DNA of 64,000 nt from the NCBI GenBank assembly GCA_977030845.1, contig OZ365112.1, positions 5,456,001-5,520,000 of the forward strand, given 5' to 3'. The translations under genes and the position numbers were made by a program. Positions 54,201 to 64,000 of this stretch are shown here, one piece after another (the stretch's first letter is position 1; every line of letters begins with the position of its first letter). The notes under the pieces are model-generated. The model was not told the origin of the DNA. It searched no databases and worked only from the letters and a program-made list of their open reading frames with translations. This DNA is from Fimbriosthenelais zetlandica. Taxonomy: Eukaryota.

Positions 54201-56445
54201 TACAAGGACCTTCATCTTTTAAATATACATTCTTTAATATTGAAAAGGAAATTATAAGAGATTGTACAGCCGGGGAGCCAGCTTATTTCATGTCTTCTTA
54301 ACAAGATTACGTTGATGTCACTTTATAATCTTTCAAGTTTTCTGATGCTTTGCTATAAGTCAAGCATCAGCAGACATTGTCCCGTGGGTACATTAAGTGT
54401 AATGTCTGATGTAGATTCCTTGTCTGGTTCTTATTAAAAGCTTCAGACAATCGATCATAGAGTGAAGGCCAACTAGAACCTTAGATTCTTCCCTCTATCA
54501 AAACTGGATCTCACGAGTCTCTATAGTAGATGATTGTCTATTCTTTGTCATTCCCTTCTGATACTTTTCTACCAGCATACATCAACCAATGTCCAAATCT
54601 CAAGACACCAAGTCTTTCTTCTGGCAATAATAATAATCCACCCCTTAGCTTTATCAAAGTCAGTGTCAGTCCTCTAGGTGTCATCCATACAAAAAGCACA
54701 TTTTCTGATGGAGCATATCCCAGGAGAGAAAGAGTAGTTACACTGTACCCTTCTGTCTGACCAAATTGCTGTGTTGTTTGGGGACTGGCTCACATTTCCC
54801 GGCTTGGAGGGGACCTCGAACACGCACGGGACCTTTACCTATTTCCATGTAAAATGGTTCGGCAAACATCCACACCATACCGCATGGCGATCAGGTTACC
54901 CTACCACAGCCCAGCCACGCACCCATCCGAATGATGCTGTAAGCCAGAGCAATCAATTGACCCTTGGGTTGGGCTTCAATGGTGGCTTGTTCTTTTCCTA
55001 TGATAATTGCATTTCTGTTGGACCCTTTACTCTGTAAGGATAGAGATGGGAGCCTGGTTGGGCTGGCTATAGGGACCAGCTGTGTGAGGATGGTCTACTC
55101 TTGTAAATTTCAATAGATATATTGCCAGCAATTGTAATCCGATCCAGTCAAGCGGGCTTGATGGGTATATATGGATATTAAATGATCTCACAAACAACCA
55201 CTACTACACATTGATAAGACCGGTCGGTTTGAGGCAAGAGTGGCAAGCAGGACCCCGGTAAACTTGAGGTGATAACATCAAGGGAGAGGTATTGGTTATA
55301 TCAAAGGCAATACAATGCCTTCCTGCCATGATACCCACTCTTAAATCCCGCATCATAAGCTATAAATACTATATGGTTATTGGATGAAATATTGCCTGGC
55401 TAAGGTGCAGGACATTGGTGATACTGCTGTGATGATATGAAAGCTTGGCTGGTGCAATAATCTGAAAGCCATGGATTTATGACTAAGTTATAATAATATG
55501 AGATGAAGGGAGATGGGGAAGCTAGGCAGGGGTTCCAACATTATGATTGCCCATTCTAACTAGACGTTTTGATCGGCACCAGCTTTAGGGTCACTGCTAT
55601 CGAATCCCTCTAATTGAAAGATGATCTGCTCAGCCTTCCAGTTTTATGTGATGCCTCCCTTGCTGGGACAGGGCGCCCAGATGGAAAATGAATGGCTAGG
55701 CTGCCTCGGTAAGCAACCTTCTCTGTGGAGCTCGGGGTATTCAATTACCTTTTCCCCTTATAACTCTCCCTTGTATATGAATGAAGATTCCAGCCAAACT
55801 TGCCCCCTGCAGTTAGGATGCTTCCAGGTTCAGGAAGGGCGGATTTGGGGGAAAATTCTCCCAAATCAGGGGCTCTATGGGCATGCTGTGTGCTACTGAG
55901 AGATTAGTGGTTCACGAACAAGCATGTCATATAGCGTGGCAATTCGTATGCCCAAAAGAGCTGCCAGGAATCTGAATCATATCTGACCAGGCTCAATAGG
56001 AATCAGCAACGCGGGTAAAGGGCCGATATTACTGGGCCCCCGGTGACGAAGGGTTTCACCAAACAACTGGCGAATATGCAATCCACGTGGGAGTCGAGGA
56101 GACAGGGCAATCTGAGTGGCTGCAGCCGTAGGAGGCAGTAGTGTAGGGGAGGGGTAGGGGACGGGTGGGAGGCAGATAGCCATCAGGGAGGCCTCTCATT
56201 GGGAGATCACTCCTGATGGAGTACTGGTCTTCATTTGTATGTGCTGGTGTTGCTGCTGCGAGAGCAGGACATGTAGATGCAACTACTATAGGCCTGGATG
56301 CGCAGAAGGTTGGTTGTGGGGTGGGGGTGGTGCTGGGTGGGGATGGGGTGGTAGGGGTAGTGGGGTTGGGAAGAGGTTGGGAGGGGGTTGAGGTAGTGGG
56401 AGCTGGGGGAGGAGGGGCACTGAGGTTAAGGTCTTCAAAAAAATT
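51280..56445 (-). mobile_element. Most complete decayed DIRS1-type element (gag-RT-RH-YR) with internal inserts
   Basis: Pro/Thr-rich region and QLFGETL (gag LFGxxL); KVIEYPELHREG, PSKGG and QIIFQLEG (RT start); PSENVLFVWM and LLLPEERLGVLR (RT end); GSLKAGW and SKQE...CFE (RH); GIYK*T, RWVVDTIS and GYSKR (YR). All collinear on the minus strand. Confidence 0.62.
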
Positions 56446-56619
56446 CTATACAAAAATATATCATCCAAGATACAGATACAGTATCCAATAGGTTCAGCTT
56501 ATGTGTTTGACAATACTTAAGTATAATAATCTTGAGATTCAAATTCTTTTCATGGATATAAAAATTATTTGAAATAATCAAATTATGTTATTATCAACAT
56601 CCACATTCCAACTCCTTGA

Positions 56620-56970
56620 AATTGACAGTGATGGTCTCAAATGTTAATCAATTTTTCGCCCCAAGCTGCCGTCAATATCGTTCAAATATTTTCAAAAATA
56701 CTCCAATTACAAAGCAACCACTTCAGTCTGGGATGAGTTAATAACCAACAATTGAGTCCGGAATTAGCACTCCTTACAGTCCCATCGATGGGTCCTTATT
56801 GAACATCCGGACATGCTTTGAAAAAACAGCATTTCCATCAAGAGAAAAACGTGCAATGAAAGAAAAATGGGTGGATGAATTTGGGGGAAACATCAGGAAA
56901 TTGTCGACCCTAACTGTGGAATTATTAAAAGGCTCAGAGCCGGTAAAGAACTTGATTGTATTCACGTTCC
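56620..56970 (+). mobile_element. L1/Tx1-like LINE ORF2 C-terminal fragment
   Basis: KLPSISFKYFQ (cf. LPxSHFFKYLQ) and AMKEKWVDEFGGNI (cf. IKEKWExELxxxI). Confidence 0.45.
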
Positions 56971-57188
56971 TGGACTAGGTTTCATTAAAAGTCTCAAATA
57001 ATTCTTATTGCAGAGATGTGGAGAATATTATAACTCTGTTTAAGGTCTAGTCAGCAATTATTCAGCTGGCTAAGGCCATGAAAAGAAAACAAACAAGCTA
57101 TGGGTACACAACGGCTTGCTTTTATCAAAAGCCTTGCTTTTATCAAAAGGCAAGCCTCTGACCACCGACAGTCGGAAAAAATGTACAT

Positions 57189-57253
57189 GGGGAATTGAAC
57201 TTGGGACCTCCCGCATACAAGTTGAACATCAGGCGCCCGAGCCATGACTCCAC
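57189..57253 (-). mobile_element. Degenerate tRNA-derived SINE head / tRNA-like pseudogene
   Basis: Minus strand TGCGGGAGGTCCCAAGTTCAATTCCCC resembles a tRNA 3' half (TGCGAGAGGTCCCGGGTTCAAATCCC) with a B-box. No intact cloverleaf or clear A-box. Confidence 0.55.
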
Positions 57254-57564
57254 CTCTATATAGACCATCCATATATATCAAGCATATTCTTGCAGCCTTA
57301 GGACCTTTAAGTAGAGTTGACCTAGCTGATTCTTCAGACAAGCTTTACAGTGGCCAGCTGGCCTCCTGTAGGGCAGGCTGCCTCCTGCTAACGCTCAAGT
57401 CATACGTCACTTGCGCTAAGATAGACTAGACCACCACCCAGGCCTGGGCTCAGCTAACTACGTTTGCCTGCCCATAAACAGCCGTATGAAGTCAGCTCAG
57501 AAGTCACCACTACTATCTGGTCCCAAACTCTGTGTCTGTGTAGCTTCAGCCACCTTTAAAAAGA

Positions 57565-57880
57565 GCCCACCCTCTATTATTTCAAGGGAAAGAACCAAGG
57601 TCACAAGAAAGTTATGAGGCACTTAAATGTGTCATTGCCAGCTAGCCATATTGGAAACTAAAAACTTGACTATGAAAACGGTTTGGGGGATTATTAATAT
57701 CGGGAGCTGAATAGTGCCCTCTAAAACCTCATTTTATCCTTGTGGATTTAATTCAAACCAACTGGGATCCATTATTTTATTGTGCTCGCTGCGGCTTTAT
57801 GGCAAGGCAACCAAACATAGACTTTGCATGCGGGCTTCCCAATGTGATAGCACTAACGTGAATTGGATGGCTGGCCGTGC
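57565..57880 (+). mobile_element. pogo/Tigger-like (Tc1/mariner, DDE_1) transposase remnant
   Basis: PTLYYFKGK (cf. PMxIFKGK), KPHFILVD (cf. RPVLLILD), IILLC and AGFPM, collinear with frameshifts. Confidence 0.42.
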
Positions 57881-59049
57881 AGACTAGGCTAATTACCCAC
57901 AGTACTGTAGAGATAAATCATCACACTGATATTACTCCACATCATGACCATCCTAAAAAAAAAAGCTCAATATAATCTAGAGCAAAATGCAAGTGGGCTT
58001 GCTCTGGCAAATCGCCAAGTGAAAGGTCAATGTGTTATTGTCATTGCTTCACTCCACATTTGGCATTCAATGCAAATGTGTTCCAAGAAAGTGAAGGCAC
58101 ATTTGTGATGTCACATTTATAGAAGCAATATTTTTCCCTTGGTAATTGCGTATATATAATTTAAGCACGGTATTCTCACTTATGGATGACAATGGCCGGT
58201 CTGAAAGCAGCAGGATATTGAAAAGAGACCGCCAATGGATGATATAATTATTAGCCCTACTTTGTTTACTAATAAAACTGTTCAAAATTAAAACGGCTTA
58301 TTGTTTAAGGATAATATCTGTGTAAAATTGAACTGCTAATATGCATATTTGGCCGACTTTGCGTTCTTAACTCTTTCATTGGCTCCAAGATTATTCGTTT
58401 CCAGGTAAAGTGTACATTTATAAATAATATAGGTTTACATCAATATTTCCAGTACATAATGTGAGCTTTAACAGAACTAATTACAGTTAAAGGCATGAAA
58501 TATTCAGTGTTTCCATGCATTTTTGTTCTTGCACACTGCCATTAGCAAATGAGAAACAAGAACTGGTCAGGTCTATAGACTATAGTCTTCTTGTTCTATA
58601 GTACAACCAACTCTTGGTGGGTGCCTCTTAGCTTCACGTATCTGAAACTTCATTACTGAATAATACATGAACACATGGCAGGCCGAGTATGTTTTTAGTC
58701 TGTGGCCATACCCTGACAAATTACAAGTTGATACTAATAGCCCTCGGTTTTAGCTCCATCTATCTATGAGTTAGTGCTTGAATTGTTGCCAACACGCTCA
58801 GCCAAGTGCCAGTATTAATTGATATTGTTAAAGAATATACATAAATTAGACTAATGATCTTATTCATCCTGATTAAAATCTGCAGAGAATATTTTTTTTC
58901 ATCATAAGTGAGGTAGGAAGTAGTTTAGAGTTGGCTCCGATCGTCATGAATTAGAAACAGAAAACATTAGAGAAAACTTGATGATCAATAGGCATGAGCA
59001 GATTTCACAAAGCAGAAGACTTCTTATGTCTTCTCAATAATCTTGTTGG

Positions 59050-59300
59050 AGGCCTGTACGATGTATTTCTCACCTACTAGATCAAGAACCAGTTCTTTTA
59101 TAGATTCAAAATGGATGACATTCATACCCCTATACCAACATAGTGGTGGTATTAAGATGTATGTTGCAACAATCTTGTGCAATGGGCTCAATGTGTCCTC
59201 TTTTCGAATTCAATGCAAAGATGGGAGGGCATTTTACAGGAAGGGTCAAAAAGGAGATCTTGAGCTCAGACTGAAGCAATGGTCAGATTTGCTATGGCTG
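59050..59300 (-). mobile_element. Possible DIRS1-type RNase H fragment
   Basis: PIFALNSKRGHI...IHLNTTTMLV resembles AVFLAL...GKHV.IRxDNTTVVA. Confidence 0.3.
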
Positions 59301-59579
59301 GTTGAGCTCTGAGCTGACCTAACTTGTGTACTGGTTCACAGTTGACCAGAGACGATCACTGACAACATTCATCAGCTGGACACAGATCAGGGTGAAGGGA
59401 GGAGAGAAAGATGTAGGTCAGGACCAGGTCTAATATCTAGATCTCAATTTTGTAACATCCAGACAGCAAATTATTCTAGGACATTGTAGGACTTCTTTTA
59501 GTTATCAATTTTTCCAAAGTTTTCCCAAGTGACATGGACAGTGATGAAAAAATTTTGTATGTCTTCTTGTCGGAGCAAC

Positions 59580-59632
59580 TGATTAAGAGAGCAATGTTAA
59601 GAGAGCAATGATTAACGGAGCAATGTTAAGAG
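59580..59632 (+). repeat. Short imperfect tandem repeat
   Basis: GAGCAATG(A)TTAA(GA/CG) units, about 4 copies. Confidence 0.8.
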
Positions 59633-59899
59633 ATGTAACTCTTGGTTTCAGTTTAGAATTTCGTCAGAGAAAAAATGAATGATCAGTGACAATGAGCAAC
59701 AAAGTAAAGTATGCTAGCAATACAAATCTGTTTCATATTTCAGGTAGATTTTGCTTATTTTTGATCAAAATGCTGTTTGCACTTTGTACGTGCTGACTGG
59801 GTTAATTCAGCAGAGTGTCACACCAAAGATAGATGGCATTTGGATGCTTTTTCATAATTCAATGACGGTATTCAACATGGGGGGCATCCAAGTCTGAAA

Positions 59900-62000
59900 G
59901 GATCAGAAAATGTGGGTCGGGACATGGTCTGTATGGTTCTACCCTGCCTTCCCCATGTAATCGTTTGGTGTTGACCTCAGATGGTCGCTGACCACAATTC
60001 ATCAGTTACATTCTGGGCTTGGAGACAGATGGAGAAAGAGGTCAGAGCAGAGCTGATCCCAAGGAAGGAGACTTGAACCATCTACTATTGCTTGCCACCT
60101 TCTCAAGTCCCAGGGGACGAGCAGTGGGATGACAGCAGGGTAGATGGGCCTTCCTTATATAGAAACTATATTCCAAGGCTACAAGGTGCAGGCCTGTTGT
60201 AATAGTCCATCAGTATAGCATACCAAGAACATCATAGCATTTTTTTCAATTTCAGAAGGTTAAACATACGGATTTTAAATGCCGTTTGTGCAGGAGGACA
60301 TTCATGGAACCGCAGGACAACCTTGTTGATAAAATGTTTCAAATCAGCTTGCAATATCTGGGAACGTTTAGTTCAAATTTCCTCAATAGCCAGCTGTTAT
60401 AGCTATCGGAAATGAGCAGACTGAAATCTGCAAACTTTTCAGTGGACTAAAAGAGGTCGATGAGTATATTTGGGAGCCTTATCTGTAGCACTGGTTGAAT
60501 AAGGACAGGGAGGGGGAAATCGGGAATAGCTAGCTCCCTATAGGACCTACAGAGCACGGTCAGGGGAAGCAGAGATCCCAGCTCTATTACAACAACACAA
60601 TGCTGACTGGGCATAACTACTGGCGCTGATAGAAAAGTGAACAATTTACTCTAACAGTACAAGCTATAGTGAGGACTGGAACATGGCCAACCACTTCTTT
60701 ACTATTTCAGATATATGTAAAATGTATAATTTAAGTCTTTTAAGCTATCAGCTTAGGCAAGGTCTTAACATTTGAGTGGATGGTTATCACATGATATGTT
60801 TGGTTGAAACTCGTGTTAGAAGTACATGTAAACATGTTGTTCCCAGATAGCCAAGACAAGAGGTCAATTAAAAAGAAGTTTTGAAGAGGCTTCTCAATAG
60901 CTGATTCTGACTGCCAGTTCAGTTATAGCTGCACCTTCCTTCCCTAATGATTTACCCGGGATGACCTATTTCATACCCTCTACTAAATATCCAGGTAATC
61001 ACTTCACCAGCCATTTTCTTCCCACATCTAGTTATGATCCTAGGATGAGCCTTTTTGATCATAGAAAGGCAACTAGCAAGTAAGGCTAGCCCTGGGAATA
61101 GCCAACCCCTTATCCCCGCCAATAGCTTAGACCTCTCCCTTGGTCAAGTGTCATTAGCCTAGTCCCAGAGCTTAAAAACTGAGTCAGAGTCATCAGGGAG
61201 GCCTCGTGCTTTTTGTGTAGCGGGAGCAGCTGCCTGGCAGGTCTTTCGAGTGGCCAAACATCTCCACACTGGGATAAGATGGCTGAACTCTGGATCATCA
61301 TGGTGGGTGGGGTATTCAGCCAATGTTTTTCATCAGTCTTATACACTAGGGATTTCAATAAGAAAATAGTAGGCGGGGGCGTTCACTAATGAGACGGTGG
61401 CTATACTATATCCAGTGTTTGAACCAGACTTACCAATTGGCAAGGGTGATTCTGGACTGTGAGACAGACTTGTACCTTGGGATGAAAGGTAGAAGCTTTA
61501 AGATAGAAGCGCCATGAAACCGGCAAGGCCTCACTATAGAAATACTAGAAGAACTCGGAAATCTATGCTTTGATTTTCAGCACTGACAGTCCCAAATCAT
61601 GCCCATACCCATGCTCGGCCCCTGAAATGATTTCAAGTCGATCAGGTCTCTCCTTATGTGACTGGATAAACCGAAGAAGCAATCAGACGTCGCTTTTTAT
61701 TGGCTTCTTGCTCAAGAGCAATTATATTTCTGCGGCAGGAGTCGGTTCCGCGAGAGGAAGGGAAAGACTGTGCAGGAGTCTTTTGTATTCTAACCTTGAC
61801 AGCCATAAAAGGCTTTATCAATATGGAGGGGAATGACAATAATATTTTGACTAATAACATGGTTGGTGATGGGCTTTGTGAGATAACCGTCCATGACAAA
61901 TGGATGGCATCGAACCTGGACCACCTGTGTGTATCTGCCCCAAGAGCTTTCATGCCCCTCACAAATACAATCATCTCAAAGCGATTCAATGAAGTCCCAT
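59900..62000 (-). mobile_element. Decayed DIRS1-type element, RT-RH-MT-YR
   Basis: SFPSILIKPFMAV and SDV*LL (RT); PARQLL and LTQFLSS...LDQ (thumb); LSGNNMFTCTSNT and ADSL (RH); FPLPVLIQPVLQIR (cf. FPPLPLIPQVLQKIR, MT); PLLVPWDL (YR). Confidence 0.65.
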
Positions 62001-62294
62001 TCTCCCCTCAAAGACACTTTTTACAATTCCTAATTCCAAATGCCTTCGTAACTTAGATATCTTGCACAAAATATGATGATATCTAAATTTTGAAATTCTA
62101 TAACTCCTGTATCCAATCAAGTCAATCTTAGATATATATATTCCAGAACATTTTAGACACCTCGAGGAATACATTGTCTTGCTGCATAGACCCAATGCCG
62201 GATAGACGAGCAGTGGATGGAATTGCAATCGACATTAACACTTGTTATCGAGAGCCAGAGTGGTAGCATCACGAGTACTGGACCTAATATGGCA

Positions 62295-62400
62295 GAGGAA
62301 ACATGGCGCTCTCCTGACATGGCCGCTATCTCTCAATGCTAACCACGTGCTCGTCTCGCGAGAACTCGCACGTGACCACGATGAGCTGTGATTGGTTGTC
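62295..62400. promoter_or_regulatory. Housekeeping-type promoter motif cluster
   Basis: AACATGGCG (YY1-like, 62300-62308), CACGTG x2 (62344, 62369), perfect TCTCGCGAGA palindrome (62354-62363) and GATTGG CCAAT box (62390), in a CpG-retaining patch. Confidence 0.55.
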
Positions 62401-63559
62401 AGATACAGGGATGGTTTACATTCCTAGGATTATCATTCCTAGGATCTCATCTTCTGCTTGTACTATGAAGAGTCAGGGTTATTCAAGAGCAGAAAAAGGA
62501 TGCATTTGGAACCATTAAACGATATATTGACTGGGTAATTATCAAAATTCACTAAAATGCTTATTTGGGAAGTCATGGTAAGGGGTGGTAGCCTAGCAGT
62601 GCCTAGTTTGATTAGAGGTTAGTGTCGCAGCAACAGGTTCTTGTACATGGTAACAATAGACAATACGAAATATCTTTGTTATAGTTATAACGACCAGTAT
62701 GCAGCTCCGTTGGAGAAAAACGGGATATAACCAATTTTATTTATAGAAAAACTAATTTCAGGTGCTGACAACTAATTTCCGATCAGGCAGCTTTTCCACC
62801 AGTATTAAATGTGGATGGATGTCGGCCTAACAGTTATATTGCTTCTTCAAGCGGAATGTAATGCGGATATGATATAATTAACCTATATAGTTATAACATA
62901 GGTTAACAGGCAATTAACTTCAAGTGAATATCCGAGGAACCTTCAGGAACTAGATTTAAATCGATGGAGCTTAAAATATAGTTTAGGCCTTTATGTCTTA
63001 AAGACTGTCAGTTTCAGATAATTGAAACCAGTAATACCTAAATGTTGCTAAATGTGAAATAACCATGGAATTATTTATAGAAAAGTTTCAGTAAGACCTC
63101 TGTATCTTGTACATTTATGAGATACATATTAGATTTATACTGCATCCATAAATTGATGTGGGAAAAGGCGCAAATGACTGGCAGCCAAAAGCATTAAAAA
63201 GAGGTGCGAAAAAAAAGAATAGGACACGGCAAAATGTTGTTCATTTGTCAAGCAATTGCGAATGCACACTAACATAGACAGTGATATATGTGGAACCTTT
63301 TTTTCTTCCATAAATGAATGACACATAGCGCTGAAGGCTTTTCATCTAGAAGGGCATTAGGAATACTTTACATTAATCCTTACCCTATATAATATCTATC
63401 ATCACCAAGCACAAACCGTTACCATGGCAACACACAGCGATTATTACACCAATGTATTTTTCACTGCTCAATCATCAGAAATAAGATAAATTCACACCCT
63501 ACGAAATTATCCCTATTTAAATATTTAAACAATCAACAGCACGAGGACGATTCCTCACT

Positions 63560-63900
63560 CCTCTGTTGGGAGGGAAATAAAAGTTCGTCTGGGATACACA
63601 ACAGCAACCTGTCCAGAAATATTATGAAATAAAAGCCTTTAGTTGTTGAAATATCTCCTGCGTTAGCTCACTAGTTCGGGACCAAATTGCAAACAATTCT
63701 TTATCATTATTTGGCAATAAAAGTAGGCTGAGCTATGGTTCTAACAGGGGCTTGAGGAAAACATCCTACAAAGAGGATAAGGAGTAAATAAATGGACATT
63801 TTATTGTAAGAGGAGTTGTTCCTCAAAGCTAAAGGCTCTGTACGCTAATGGACAATGCTTTAATGTGTCTTAAGATGCCAGGATTATGAGAAGCAGAAAT
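63560..63900 (-). mobile_element. Possible DIRS1-type RH/MT fragment
   Basis: RHIKALSISV and ELTQEIFQQL (cf. W.LxPEIFQQL). Confidence 0.3.
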
Positions 63901-64000
63901 GTCCTATGACCAGTGGATTTCTAAAAAGCATAGACAAAGTCTATGTCCTCAAGTCATCATCCATTCTGTACTACATATCATATTCTTGAACCAGACACCA

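Overview
Eukaryotic (metazoan, invertebrate-like by inference) AT-rich window with no supportable intact host protein-coding gene, rRNA, intact tRNA or CRISPR array. Reading all six frames through stops and frameshifts, the dominant signal is a dense field of very old DIRS1-type tyrosine-recombinase (YR) retrotransposon debris. About 20 separate remnants carry short, collinear gag / RT / RNase H / methyltransferase-like (MT) / YR motifs on both strands. Several remnants keep the canonical gag-RT-RH-MT-YR order (about 10.9-13.6 kb +, 51.3-56.4 kb -, 59.9-62.0 kb -). Younger DNA transposons sit on top of this debris: three near-identical 205-211 bp Harbinger-type MITEs with TAA target duplications, a second 220 bp Harbinger-like MITE, and a 2.9 kb non-autonomous CACTA/CMC-like element. 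The 2.9 kb element has 14 bp TIRs and a TT duplication, splits a DIRS MT-YR junction, and carries promoter-like motifs, splice-bounded mini-exons and an internal duplication. Also present are L1/Tx1-like and pogo-like fragments, a tRNA-derived SINE head, microsatellites and three CpG-retaining promoter-like motif clusters. All protein-family assignments are by-eye motif resemblance to remembered consensus patterns, not database hits. Boundaries of decayed elements are approximate.
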